Shown in pieces: positions 26,776 to 36,892 of a DNA stretch of 64,000 nucleotides. The notes beneath the pieces were generated by a model that worked only from the letters and a program-made list of their open reading frames with translations, had not been told where the DNA came from and did no database searches. Source of the DNA: Armatimonadota bacterium (lineage in GTDB: Bacteria; Armatimonadota; SYMT01); assembly GCA_041690135.1 (NCBI GenBank), contig JAWLHY010000002.1, positions 288,001-352,000 of the forward strand, in the 5' to 3' direction. Position 1 is the stretch's first letter, and every line of letters begins with the position of its first letter. A program made the translations under genes and the position numbers.

Positions 26776-27516
26776 TCAAGGATACCGGAAGCGACCGGTG
26801 ATCTTCACATGGGGCAGCAGGTCTTCCTGGGTGGCCTGACCCGCGTTGTGGATGATCAGCGGCCGGCCCTCGCGGGTGCGGACGTTGGACACCACGCCGC
26901 AGTGCCCCAGCCCGTTGGAGAGGTCGCAATAGACCAGGTCGCCGGGCTTCCAGGTGGCCGCGGCTTCTCCCTCCCATTCCAGCGGCAGCGCCTTGCCGAA
27001 GCGACGGAGAAAGGTCATGTGGTTGGGCGTGCGGCGGTGGTCGATGTTGCGGTCCGGCCGGCGGAGGCCGTACTTCTTCGGGTAGAGCCGGAAGTTGCGG
27101 CGCATGTCTTCGTGGATCAGCTTCTGCAGGTCGTAATCGGCATGCCGGAGGGCCCGGACCACCACGTCCGTGCAGGCGCCCCGGTCCGCGGGGACGTCGC
27201 CGCCGGGGTATTCCAGGCTCACATAGGAGGCATCGTAGGTGACCCCGCGCCGCACCTCCAGCTTGGCGCCGTTCACGATCTTCTCGGCGGCCGTCGTGGG
27301 GTTCGTGATCAGCGCCAGGGGATCCGGACCGAAGCCGAGGCGCGGCCACGACGGCGGGGGATTTGCGGGCGTATCCGTCTGCGTCCGGGGAGAGCACCCC
27401 GCCAGGTGCAGCAAAAGGAGCAGCGGAAGCAGGCGCCTTCGCGGGATCCGGTTGAGCCGTCCGGCGGCCGGTGGGAGGGAGTTCCTGGTGTTGGAAGGCT
27501 GGGAGGGATGCAGCAT
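26776..27516 (-). CDS. DUF1287 (YijF-like) lipoprotein
   Basis: LAGC lipobox, YD.SY..L.YPGGDVP..GACTDVVVRA, DRNIDHRR.PN, IIHN. Confidence 0.85.
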   Translation of the reverse strand: MLHPSQPSNTRNSLPPAAGRLNRIPRRRLLPLLLLLHLAGCSPRTQTDTPANPPPSWPRLGFGPDPLALITNPTTAAEKIVNGAKLEVRRGVTYDASYVSLEYPGGDVPADRGACTDVVVRALRHADYDLQKLIHEDMRRNFRLYPKKYGLRRPDRNIDHRRTPNHMTFLRRFGKALPLEWEGEAAATWKPGDLVYCDLSNGLGHCGVVSNVRTREGRPLIIHNAGQATQEDLLPHVKITGRFRYP

Positions 27517-27619
27517 CAGCCGGATTGGGAATCGACGGTCGAACCCCTGCTTACGCTGGGGCTGGCCTGGTGGTTACACCTTCCAACGCTGAGAGTGACG
27601 AAGACGGTACGGTCTGCGC

Positions 27620-28969
27620 TCACCAGAGATTCTTCCCAGCCACGAGGTCTCCGAGGCTGTTCCGGGTGAGTGCGTAGGGAACGCCGCCGGGTTTCCGGGC
27701 GCGCATCCGGCTGGTGGCCGGGAGCCCACCGTTGTCCTGGCAGTCCGGACCTACGCTGTACAGCACGAAGTCCGCGCCCCGGCGCCGGTAACGGCACGGT
27801 TTTCCCGGCGCGAACGGATCAGCCGGGACGCGGGTCAGGTAGCGTGGAACAAGCTCTTCCAGCTTATCCGGATAGCGCCCGTGCTCCGTGCGGTACGCGT
27901 GGAGAGCGTGCCCCAGACGGACCAGATGGTTTTGGGCCTCTGTTTTGAGTGCCGCAAACCAACCCGGGTTCGGTGATGGGATCAGTTGCTCCGTCAGTGG
28001 ATCAGCCGGAGCCGGAAACGTGTTGCTTCCCCACCGAATGCGCTTTGCCAGTTCAATTGCCTGATCCATGGCGGTGGTGTAGTCGTTCAGGACCTGGGCT
28101 TTACCGCGGGTCTGTATCTGGTAGACAAGCAGCCACTGACCGCCGGTCTGCGGCCAGTGGGTTACGGAGCGAATGGCGTGCTCCTGAAGAGTGCCGCGCC
28201 ACTTCCGATTTTGCAACTTCACCAGAAGCCAGGACTGCCCCGCTTGCTTGTCCCATTCGAGGGCCTGCCAGAAGGGGATCTGCTCCTCGCAAAGGCGTTC
28301 GATCCGGTAACCCGCGGCGCGCGCCTGTTCCGGGGTGAGGTTCGGCAGGTACTTCCAGAGGAGCGCTCGCGCAGCGGCCTGGTCCTGCGCTCCGTACAGC
28401 AATCCGATCAGGGCATTGCCACGCGGTACCCGCACCCCCATCTCGAGGGCTTCGAGGGAAGACGACACGGCGCCTTTCCAGTTGCGCCTGGCGGCATGGA
28501 CCTCGGCTTCCAGGCGGAGCAACCGGGAAAGCTCGCGGAACTGTCGCAGGTAATCAAAGTCGGGATCCTGTCCTGTGGTAAACGGGGCGTGGTATCCGTG
28601 TCGCAACCCTTCGCGCGTTAACCCAAGGACGGCATGCTGTGCGCGGAGAAGCGCTTCCTTCTCCGCCAGGGTGAGTTTCACCGAAGGGTCGGAGGTGGAC
28701 GAGGGGTAGAGCCCATCCGGCACCGCAGCCGTGATTCGCCGCCGGTCGTCCGAGGTCAGCCGGCCCGCCGCCTCCAGCCAGAAATCGTGCGCGTTCGGGT
28801 TGGGCAGGCTGGGGGTGGCGGCCCGCAGCGTAGGCGGGGCATCCAGCCAGCTCCGCCAGAGCGTGAAGAGAACCAGGCAAGTGAAGAAGGAAAGCAGGAG
28901 CGCGTAGGCTACCACCTGACGCGAGCTCCTTCGCTTTCCGGAAGATTGAAGGGTATCCATTGTTGTCAT
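27620..28969 (-). CDS. Membrane-anchored hypothetical protein, paralog 1 of 3 (GspG-like C-terminal motif)
   Basis: N-terminal TM, PNPNA, YP..LEELVP.YL..VP.DPF, LYSVGPD..DNGG. Confidence 0.75.
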   Translation of the reverse strand: MTTMDTLQSSGKRRSSRQVVAYALLLSFFTCLVLFTLWRSWLDAPPTLRAATPSLPNPNAHDFWLEAAGRLTSDDRRRITAAVPDGLYPSSTSDPSVKLTLAEKEALLRAQHAVLGLTREGLRHGYHAPFTTGQDPDFDYLRQFRELSRLLRLEAEVHAARRNWKGAVSSSLEALEMGVRVPRGNALIGLLYGAQDQAAARALLWKYLPNLTPEQARAAGYRIERLCEEQIPFWQALEWDKQAGQSWLLVKLQNRKWRGTLQEHAIRSVTHWPQTGGQWLLVYQIQTRGKAQVLNDYTTAMDQAIELAKRIRWGSNTFPAPADPLTEQLIPSPNPGWFAALKTEAQNHLVRLGHALHAYRTEHGRYPDKLEELVPRYLTRVPADPFAPGKPCRYRRRGADFVLYSVGPDCQDNGGLPATSRMRARKPGGVPYALTRNSLGDLVAGKNLW

Positions 28970-29046
28970 TGCCTGCTGTAGGAGGTGCCGAAGGCTGAAG
29001 GATGAAAACTGAGCACCCGAACACCTGACTACCCGAACACCTGACT

Positions 29047-30990
29047 ACCTGACGACCGGCGGACGGGACGTCCGCGCCCCTTTGGCCTACAGCACATTTA
29101 CCCCCGCCACGATGTCTCCAGTGCTGTCCGCCACCACCATGTGCCGGACGGCGGGGTCGGCGCTGGCGCGTTTGCCCCGGACGGGGCGCCCGCCGTCGTC
29201 GGCGGCATCGGGGCCGATGCTGTAGAGGAGCGGACGTCCGCGTTCGACGCGGTACCGGACCCTGCCATCCGGCGCGAACGCGTCTTCCGGAAGCGCCTTC
29301 AGGTAGTGGGGTACCAGTGCCGAAAGAGCGCGGGGCGGCTGTCCCTGCTCGGCCTGATAGGCCCGGAGGGCGAGGGACAGCAGCAGGAGGTCGTTGAGCA
29401 CTTCGCTCTTGGTCATGGTGAACTGAACCCGTTCATATCTGGGTACGACCATCCGCACCAGAGCGTTTGCCGGAAGGGGCACGGGAGCGGAACGCTTTGC
29501 ATACGGCGCTCGGGCGTGCGCGATGGAACGGTCCATGTACGCCGAAAACTCGTTGACCAGGGTGCCTTTACTGGTCGTGACCAGGTGCGCCAGGGTGGTT
29601 GGGTTCCTGGGGGCTATCGGTTGGCCTGCGTCAATCATCGCCTTCGTGTAGCGTTCCTGCCAGTCCGGGCAGCGCATGATTTCCAGCAGGCCGGTCAGGG
29701 TGGCCCACTTCTCTTCTTCTAGAGTGCGCCAGTAGGGAAAACGCTCCTTTCGGATGCGCTCCAGGCGTTGAACCGCGGTATGAGCTTCCGAACCGGAGAG
29801 ATGCTCGGCAATCTCCCAGGAATCTTTCCTGGCGATTGTCTGGATGGCAGCACCGACGAGGGCGCTAATGAGGGTGTTGCCCTCTGCAGCCCTGGCGCCC
29901 ATCTGGATACTGTCCAGGCTGCTCTCCATTGCGCCCGCCCAGTTGCCCCGCGCCGCCCGCACCTGTTCTTCCAGCCGCAGAACCAGCGAGAGTTCGCGGA
30001 AGCGGGCAAGGTGGGGATAAATGCGGGGGAATGAACGTGCAGGGGGCTCTCCGTAAGAGTGTTCGAGGCCCGCTCGTAGGCGTGCGAGTGCGGGCGCATA
30101 CTGACGAACCAGTTCCGCGCGCATTGCCTCCGATGTCTGCTTCGCCTGGCGCGGGTTGTATGTAGGGACTTTCAGGTTCGCCCAGAGAGCGTCCGCCACA
30201 GCTTGCGATCGGCCTGCCGGCATCTGTTCCGTGGCGGACCGGAAGTCGTCGAACGCATTCGGGCTGGGTAGCGTGCGCCGAGGGATGCTTACGGTTGGCG
30301 TGGCGTCCCGCCAGTGGATGCCCAGCGTCAAGCCCCCCAACAGGGTCAAAATGGTCACCGGGATAATCGCCTCTGCTCGTTGTGAGCCTATCCGGTGCTC
30401 TTCGGTGTGCAGGGTATCCGTGGCTGCCATCCACCTCCTCCTCGCAAAGGACACGGAAGAGACGGCAAAATCCTTACTCCCGTTACGCGAGGCCTTTCAA
30501 CACCACCGGGTGCACGTCACAAGCCCCCAGTACCGCCATCCGAGGAGCCTTCATACAGCCAGCAACCCTCCGCATGCCCGAACACCTGGTGACCGCATGC
30601 CCGAACACCAGAACACCTGACTACCTGAACACCTGACGACCGGCGGACGGGACGTCCGCGCTCCTTTGGCCTACTGGATATTCACCCCCGCCACGATGTC
30701 TCCGGTGCTGTCCGCCTCCACCATGTGCCGGACGGCGGGGTCGGCGCTGGTGCGTTTGCCCCGGACGGGGCGCCCGCCGTCGTCGGTGGCATCGGGGCCG
30801 ATGCTGTAGAGGAGCGGACGTCCGCGTTCGACCCGGTACCGGAACTTGCCATCGGGCGCGAACGGGTCCTCCGGCAGCGCCTTCAGGTAGCGGGGCACCA
30901 ATGCCGAGAGGGCGCGGGGCGGCTGTCCCTGCTCGGCCTGATAGGCGCGCAGGGCGAGGGAGAGCAGCAGCAGGTCGTTGAGCACCTCGC
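29047..30990. repeat. Direct duplication of about 360 bp (29047-29410 / 30631-30990, offset 1584) with adjacent ACACCTGA-type octamer tandem repeats
   Basis: CCTGACGACCGGCGGACGGGACGTCCGCGC..CTTTGGCCTAC and the following coding sequence match between copies. Confidence 0.85.
29087..30430 (-). CDS. Membrane-anchored hypothetical protein, paralog 2 of 3
   Basis: LPSPNAFDDF, LVP.YLKALPED.F, LYSIGPD..DDGG; GAGGAGG RBS. Confidence 0.75.
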   Translation of the reverse strand: MAATDTLHTEEHRIGSQRAEAIIPVTILTLLGGLTLGIHWRDATPTVSIPRRTLPSPNAFDDFRSATEQMPAGRSQAVADALWANLKVPTYNPRQAKQTSEAMRAELVRQYAPALARLRAGLEHSYGEPPARSFPRIYPHLARFRELSLVLRLEEQVRAARGNWAGAMESSLDSIQMGARAAEGNTLISALVGAAIQTIARKDSWEIAEHLSGSEAHTAVQRLERIRKERFPYWRTLEEEKWATLTGLLEIMRCPDWQERYTKAMIDAGQPIAPRNPTTLAHLVTTSKGTLVNEFSAYMDRSIAHARAPYAKRSAPVPLPANALVRMVVPRYERVQFTMTKSEVLNDLLLLSLALRAYQAEQGQPPRALSALVPHYLKALPEDAFAPDGRVRYRVERGRPLLYSIGPDAADDGGRPVRGKRASADPAVRHMVVADSTGDIVAGVNVL

Positions 30991-32002
30991 TTTTCACCGA
31001 GGCGAAGTGGGCCTGCTCGAACACCGGAACGATCACGCTGACCAGGGAATTTGTGGGAAGCGCTATCGGCGCCGGTCGCGCGGCATACGGTACTTTGGCG
31101 CGGCTAATGGACCGGTCCATATAGTTCGAATACTCGTTGACCAGGGTGCTCTTGCTGGTGGCCATCAGGCGGAGCATGAGGCCCCAGTCCGCCGTTGTGC
31201 CCGGTCCCATGGCCAGCAGGTACTGCCGGTACCAATCCGGCCGGCGCATGATCTCCAGCAATCCGGCCTGTACCATCCACTTCTCTTCCTCGAGCGTGCG
31301 CCAGTAGGGAAAACGTTCTTCCCGTATCCGCGCGAGCCGTTGGATGGCGGCGCGCGCTTCCGGTCCGGAAAGGTGTCCTGCGATCTCCCAGGTATCCTTC
31401 CGGCCGATGGATTGGATGGCGATACCCACCAGCTGGCCGATCATTACGCCGCCATGGGGGATTTTCGCACCGAGGTGGAGGTTGTCCAGGCTGCTCTCCA
31501 TGGCGCCCGACCAATCTCCCTGCCTGGCCCGCACCTGTCCTTCCAGGCGCAGGACCCGGGCGAGGTCGCGAAACTGGGCGAAGTGGGGGTAAGTGTGGGT
31601 GAATGACCGCGCGGGAGGCTCCAGGTAGGGGTGATCCAGGCCCTTGCGAAGTTGCTCGAGCGCAGGGACGTATTGGCGGACCAGCTCCGCGCGTTCCGCC
31701 TCGGAGGGCTTCTTCTCCCGCGGCTTGTACGAGGGAATCTTGAGGTTGGCCCAAAGTGCGTCCGCCGCGGCCTTTGTTTGGCCCGCCGGGATTTTCTCCG
31801 TGGCGGCCTGGAAATCGTCGAAGGCGTTCGGGCTGGGAAGAGTGGGCTGGGGAATCGTCACCACCGGAGTGACGTTCAAGAAATGGACCCCAAGCATCAG
31901 AACCAGCACCAGAACGAGGCCGCAGGCTCCTAGCGCCAGGCCCAGCGCTCGTTTTGAGCCTCCCCGCTTCCCCTCTGGGTGCAGGCCATCCGATACCCCC
32001 AT
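30671..32002 (-). CDS. Membrane-anchored hypothetical protein, paralog 3 of 3
   Basis: Same motifs as paralog 2; C-terminal about 105 aa nearly identical to it. Confidence 0.75.
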   Translation of the reverse strand: MGVSDGLHPEGKRGGSKRALGLALGACGLVLVLVLMLGVHFLNVTPVVTIPQPTLPSPNAFDDFQAATEKIPAGQTKAAADALWANLKIPSYKPREKKPSEAERAELVRQYVPALEQLRKGLDHPYLEPPARSFTHTYPHFAQFRDLARVLRLEGQVRARQGDWSGAMESSLDNLHLGAKIPHGGVMIGQLVGIAIQSIGRKDTWEIAGHLSGPEARAAIQRLARIREERFPYWRTLEEEKWMVQAGLLEIMRRPDWYRQYLLAMGPGTTADWGLMLRLMATSKSTLVNEYSNYMDRSISRAKVPYAARPAPIALPTNSLVSVIVPVFEQAHFASVKSEVLNDLLLLSLALRAYQAEQGQPPRALSALVPRYLKALPEDPFAPDGKFRYRVERGRPLLYSIGPDATDDGGRPVRGKRTSADPAVRHMVEADSTGDIVAGVNIQ

Positions 32003-32020
32003 CCGCAAGCTCCTCTCTGC

Positions 32021-33265
32021 CTACTCGGGAAAGACGCGGGACGTGGCGGGGTCGTTACCTGTCGCTCTCGCATTTGATGCTCCTGGAGCGCGAAGCCAGG
32101 CCGGAAGGGGCGGCGCCTGTGCGGACGCGGCATAGCGCAGGCGCTGGAGCACCGCAAAGATCAGGGAGTTCGTCTCCGGTTCGTCCGGTCCCGTGGGGAG
32201 GCGAACCTCGCGGCCGGAAGAGGATGCGAGGCACAGCATCGCGCCCTCGGCGTCCTCCCGGGAGCCCCACCGTGCAGAACAGATGGAGTCCCAGTCGATG
32301 GCGAACGGTCCCTGGCAAGTCTGCCCTTCCAGTCCGTGCTCGGTTATCCGGCAGTGAAAGGCCTGGCGGCGGAAGTTCTCCCAGTGAGCCCGCAAGCTGC
32401 GGAGGAGCCCAGAGCAATGAAAGAGAACCCCGGGCACGAGGAACTTCCACCCCAATGTGTGGGAAGGCGGTTCCAGCATAGAAACCACCAACAGCAGTAT
32501 CCAGAGGGGCAGGAAGCCGGCGATCACCAGGGCGGAACGCTGGTAGCTCCGCGCGGACGGGGCGGGAAGGACCCGAGCGGGAGGCGCGGCCATCGGGGGA
32601 AGGGTGTCCCACACGCTTTCGTGCTCCGGTTGGAGCGCAAGGACCTCGTGTCGGCCATACCGGCGCAACTGTTGCCACACGGCGCTGGTGAGTGGGGTGC
32701 CGGTGCCATGGGCGGCCGCCCGGTCGGGGAACGAGATCCGGCCCTCCGGACCCTCCAGGCGATACTCCCACAGCGTGGCCACTCCGCGGACCGTGGTCAC
32801 CGTCCGCAACTCGGACCAGCGGAGCCTTCGCCGGAAGAACAGACCTCGGGCTTCGATCCCCTCTGCGTCCAGCTTCCACCGGTAGGGGGCTCGTGCCTGG
32901 CGAGCCAATACGCACAGGGCCAGCAAGGCAACCAAAGAAAGCAGGAGCGGGGGCCAGAAGGAGACGCCGGGGAACTCCGCTGCGCCGCTGGAAGTCAGGC
33001 GGCTCCAGAGCCACCAGGCGGGGAGAGCCGCAAGAGTCACCGCGAAGTAGGCCGGCAAGCGCAGGGTCACGCCCCAGACCGGATCGGTCGCGGTGAGGGT
33101 TTCCAGGGCGGGGAGATCCGCGCGCTGTTCCGGCGGTACGGCCCGGCTAAGAAACTCAGCTGGCGGGTCGTCGGTAGTAACAATGGGTTGGCGCTGTGTA
33201 CCTCTCAGCGTCCCCGTTTCTCCCGCCGGATGATCGATCTCGAGTTCCGTCCGAATGGAGCCCAT
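32021..33265 (-). CDS. Membrane protein with putative bacterial PH-like domains
   Basis: TM pairs followed by W.LD.EGIEARGLF.RRRLRW.E; paralog of 34666..35820; start uncertain. Confidence 0.6.
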   Translation of the reverse strand: MGSIRTELEIDHPAGETGTLRGTQRQPIVTTDDPPAEFLSRAVPPEQRADLPALETLTATDPVWGVTLRLPAYFAVTLAALPAWWLWSRLTSSGAAEFPGVSFWPPLLLSLVALLALCVLARQARAPYRWKLDAEGIEARGLFFRRRLRWSELRTVTTVRGVATLWEYRLEGPEGRISFPDRAAAHGTGTPLTSAVWQQLRRYGRHEVLALQPEHESVWDTLPPMAAPPARVLPAPSARSYQRSALVIAGFLPLWILLLVVSMLEPPSHTLGWKFLVPGVLFHCSGLLRSLRAHWENFRRQAFHCRITEHGLEGQTCQGPFAIDWDSICSARWGSREDAEGAMLCLASSSGREVRLPTGPDEPETNSLIFAVLQRLRYAASAQAPPLPAWLRAPGASNARATGNDPATSRVFPE

Positions 33266-33428
33266 GCAGCTTCTCCGGGTGCGGCGTTCCGCATGCCGCG
33301 CGGATGGGGGCGCTCTGCAGTTCCCCAACCAGGTATTCGGATAAGCTTTGTCGGTAACCTGCATGGAAGGGATGGCGGCCGCCGGCGAAGGGGTCGGTCC
33401 CGCCCGCGAACAGCAACCCAGGAGCAGT

Positions 33429-34508
33429 ATGAAGCACGCAATCCTCCGTGGGGGCATGGTGGCCCTCGCCCTGAGCCTCTCCGTGGCGGCCGGCGCCGGT
33501 GAAAAGCGCTGGAAGATCCACGATCTCTCCCGCCCGAAGCCCCCGGTGGTGACGCCGCCGGCCCAGAACCTTCCCACGCCCGTGCCGCCGGACGCCGTCG
33601 TGCTCTTCGACGGAAAGAACCTGTCGGAGTTTGCCTCGCTTGCCGGCGGGCCCGCGAAATGGACGGTGAAGGACGGCGCCCTGATTGTGGCGCCCGGTAC
33701 GGGCCACATCGTGACGAAGCGGGCCTTCGGCGACGTGCAAGTCCACCTGGAGTGGGCCTCCCCGAACCCGGCAACCGGCAGGAGCCAGGGCCGCGGGAAC
33801 AGCGGCATCCACCTCATGGGCCTCTACGAGGTGCAGATCCTCGACTCGTATCAGGCCGACACCTATGCGGACGGCCAGGCCGCCGCGCTGTATGGCCAAT
33901 TTCCGCCGCTGGTCAACGCCTGCCGCCCGCCCGGGGAATGGCAGAGCTACGACATCGTGTTCCGGCGTCCGCGCTTCGATGCCCGGGGCAAGCTCCTGAA
34001 GCCGGCCCGCGTAACGGTCATCCACAACGGCGTGCTGGTCCAGGACAACGTGGAGCTGCTCGGCCCCACGATCTGGCTGCACTATCGCCCATACAAGGCC
34101 CATGCGGACAAGCTGCCGTTCTCCCTCCAGGAACACGGTAACCCGGTCCGGTACCGCAACATCTGGGTGCGGGAGCTCGGGGAACCCGCGAAGTTCGAGG
34201 GTGGCGGTCCTGAAACGGCTCCGAAGAGCACCGTGGCGGTCGGCGATCTGAAGCGGTTCGTAGGCACCTACAAGGCCCAACTGGGACAGAAGCTGGAAGA
34301 TGTCACGGTGACGCTCAAGAAGGGGCGGCTCTTCCTCGGCATCCCCGTGCGGGAGCAGTCGTTCGAGATGATCCCGCTCTCGCCCACGGAGTTCACCCTG
34401 CGGACCACGGACGCGCGGGTGGTGTTCAAGCTGGATACCGCCGGCAAGCCGACCGCCTTCGACTTCGGGGTGGGCGAAGACGTGTCCTTTACCGCGCGAC
34501 GCCCGTAA
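33429..34508 (+). CDS. DUF1080 (3-keto-disaccharide hydrolase-like) secreted protein
   Basis: PPDAVVLFDGK, FGD.Q.HLEW, GNSG, YEVQILDS, WQSYDI.F, LQEHGNPVRYRNIW. Confidence 0.9.
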   Translation: MKHAILRGGMVALALSLSVAAGAGEKRWKIHDLSRPKPPVVTPPAQNLPTPVPPDAVVLFDGKNLSEFASLAGGPAKWTVKDGALIVAPGTGHIVTKRAFGDVQVHLEWASPNPATGRSQGRGNSGIHLMGLYEVQILDSYQADTYADGQAAALYGQFPPLVNACRPPGEWQSYDIVFRRPRFDARGKLLKPARVTVIHNGVLVQDNVELLGPTIWLHYRPYKAHADKLPFSLQEHGNPVRYRNIWVRELGEPAKFEGGGPETAPKSTVAVGDLKRFVGTYKAQLGQKLEDVTVTLKKGRLFLGIPVREQSFEMIPLSPTEFTLRTTDARVVFKLDTAGKPTAFDFGVGEDVSFTARRP

Positions 34509-34665
34509 CTCACCTTTCGCTTGCCGGGAGGAGACAGTGTCCGGTGCCGGTGGCCGGTGTGTCTCCTTCCGGCGGTATTCGCGTTAACCTAAGCGGGGGC
34601 GGCGCCCTGGACACTCTCCTCCCCCGCTCACAAGAGCGTAAGTCACGCGGTCTAGAGCCACGCTA

Positions 34666-35820
34666 CTACGAGCCGGGGTGGCCCCTTCGTACCCAGGGAG
34701 TGCGCTCCTTCGATCCGGCCTCTGACTTGTCGTTGCTGTCCACGCCTTTGCGCAGCCATTGGGGAAGGGTCACGGCATGGGCGGGGTCGCTGTATCGCAG
34801 CCGCGCCAGCATGGCGAACAGGAGTGGAACCGCTCCTCGCTCCTTTTGCCCGACGGGTAACGCAAATACCTGGTGTGGGGCACTGCCGCGGACCACGAGC
34901 AGCGCGCAGTTCTCCGCGGGGGTGCGCCAGTGCACCCGGGTGACTTCGTCCCACTGGAGGTGCACCGGTCCGTTCCTGGTCTCCGCTTCGATGCGGTCGT
35001 CGTGGAGTGTGCAGGACTGGGCGCAGGACCGCAGTCCCCGCCACTGAATCCAGAAAACACCGGCCACAAAGCCGCCGACGCTCAGCGTGAGAAGGAGTGA
35101 ACCCCACCCCTCGCCTAGAACCCAGCCCAGGATGGCCATGAGGATCATCAAAGTGACCACGACGACGCCCGGAACCACGGTGGAAGCCCACAGGGAGCGC
35201 GGGATGGGGCGATCCGTGGACCACCGCGTCACGGTGGCTTCTATCGGGAGTTCGTCCCACACGCTCTCGTCCCACGGCTGCAGCAACCCGTGCCTTCCGC
35301 AGCGCCGCAGGTGCTGCCAGCCCGAGGCGCACAACTGCACCGTGAATAACGCTGCGGGAAATGAAATCGTGCCCTCGGGCCCGGTGAAGTGATACCAGTC
35401 GGTCGCGTCCCGCACCCCGATGACGCGGATGACATCGATTTCCGTCCACCGCAGGCGCCGCCGGTGAAACAGCCCGCGCGCCTCGATACCCTCGGGATCG
35501 GTGCTCCAGGCGAACTCGCCTCGCAGGAGGCGCAGGCCGAGCCAGAGCAGCACGCCACCGATGCCGAGGCCCCCCAGCGCCACGGCCAATCCGACCCGCC
35601 CGAAGGAGCTCGGCTCCGAAGACACCAGCAAGACCATGGGAATGCGCATGAACAGGAAGAGGAGCAGCGCGAGGACAAGTACAATCATGACGGCCAGTGC
35701 CGTCACGCTGCCCCAGGTGCGGACCGTCACCCGCTCCAGCGCGGGGAGATCGGGGCGCTCATCGGGGCGTACACACCGGCTTCGGGGTTCTACCATCGAA
35801 TGCTGCCTATCCAGATTCAT
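34666..35820 (-). CDS. Membrane protein with putative bacterial PH-like domains (paralog of 32021..33265)
   Basis: RPDLPALE, GIEARGLFHRRRLRW, GPEG.ISFP, ESVWD.LP shared with the paralog. Confidence 0.65.
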   Translation of the reverse strand: MNLDRQHSMVEPRSRCVRPDERPDLPALERVTVRTWGSVTALAVMIVLVLALLLFLFMRIPMVLLVSSEPSSFGRVGLAVALGGLGIGGVLLWLGLRLLRGEFAWSTDPEGIEARGLFHRRRLRWTEIDVIRVIGVRDATDWYHFTGPEGTISFPAALFTVQLCASGWQHLRRCGRHGLLQPWDESVWDELPIEATVTRWSTDRPIPRSLWASTVVPGVVVVTLMILMAILGWVLGEGWGSLLLTLSVGGFVAGVFWIQWRGLRSCAQSCTLHDDRIEAETRNGPVHLQWDEVTRVHWRTPAENCALLVVRGSAPHQVFALPVGQKERGAVPLLFAMLARLRYSDPAHAVTLPQWLRKGVDSNDKSEAGSKERTPWVRRGHPGS

Positions 35821-35893
35821 GGCAGCGCCGCAGCGCTACCACCGTAAGTCCGTTAGCAGTGGTCGAAGAGCACCATCCTGGGTTCATGCCTGT

Positions 35894-35946
35894 AAGTCCG
35901 CGGAGGCGGACTTCGTGTCTTTCCAGCTTGCGACTTTAGTCGCCCC
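35894..35946. repeat. REP-like paired hairpins
   Basis: AAGTCCGCGGAGGCGGACTT and GCGACTTTAGTCGC palindromes in an intergenic gap. Confidence 0.5.
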
Positions 35947-35962
35947 GCCAGACCAGCAGGGT

Positions 35963-36703
35963 TCAATCGTTCCCACCGAAGATGCGGCCGATGTCCCCAA
36001 TGGTACCGCCCAGGCCGCCCATGCTGCTGCTGCCTTCCGTGGTCGTGCCCATAATCCGGCCGGCGAGGCGGGAGAATGGCAGGGTCTGGAGGATCGCCCG
36101 GCCGGGGCCGCGCAGCACCGCCATGAAGAGCCCCTCGCCGCCGAACAGCGTGTTCTTGAAACCGCCCACGAACTGGATGTCGTAGGACACGGTCTCCTCG
36201 AACGCGACGATACAGCCCGTATCGACCCGCAGCGATTCGTGTGGCTGGAGGTTGAACTCCACGAAGTTGCCGCCGCCGTGGATGAACACGTTCCCGAACC
36301 CGTTGAGGCGCTGGAGGATGAAGCCTTCACCGCCGAAGAATCCTGCCCCCAGCTTCTTGGTGAAGGCGATGTTCATTTCCACCTGGGCGGTGGAGAACAG
36401 GAACGACTCCCGTTGGCACAGCCAGGCACGTCCCTGGAGATCGATTTGGCGGACCTGGCCCGGGTAGGGCGCGGCGAACGCCACCATCCCCGAGGGCCCC
36501 TGGCAGCGGAAATAGGGAATGAACAGGCTTTCGCCCGTCAGCATGCGCTTGAGACCGCCGAACAGGCCGCCCTGCATCTGGGTGTCCATCTGGATGGCGT
36601 CCGACATAAAAAGCATTGCGCCGGCCTCGGCCCGGACCTCCTCCCCCTGCTGCATGTTGACGACGACCGCCTGCATCACGTCGCCCATCACCTGGAACTG
36701 CAT
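35963..36703 (-). CDS. TIGR00266/AIM24 family protein
   Basis: AEAGAM..M, GESLF, FAAPYPG, GFFGGEGFILQRL.G.G, FGGEGLF, QTLPFSRLA. Confidence 0.92.
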   Translation of the reverse strand: MQFQVMGDVMQAVVVNMQQGEEVRAEAGAMLFMSDAIQMDTQMQGGLFGGLKRMLTGESLFIPYFRCQGPSGMVAFAAPYPGQVRQIDLQGRAWLCQRESFLFSTAQVEMNIAFTKKLGAGFFGGEGFILQRLNGFGNVFIHGGGNFVEFNLQPHESLRVDTGCIVAFEETVSYDIQFVGGFKNTLFGGEGLFMAVLRGPGRAILQTLPFSRLAGRIMGTTTEGSSSMGGLGGTIGDIGRIFGGND

Positions 36704-36892
36704 CGTGCCTTTGCCTCCCTTGGGTTCCTCGCGGGGATCCTGACCCCCACCCTCACTAACGGTGTTTCGAGCGTGGAAGTTGCGCTCCCTGCTGCCCGGA
36801 ACCCGGTGGGTGATTTGACGCGAGGGTTCGTAGTTCGTGACGGGGGCGGTGGTCCAACCAATGCGACGGTTGTTCGCCTGGGATCTCCCGGA

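Noticed and set aside
29047-30990. DGR template/variable repeat pair
   Set aside because: Mismatches between the copies are of mixed types rather than adenine-specific, both copies are in-frame gene ends, and the only RT in the window is retron-type.
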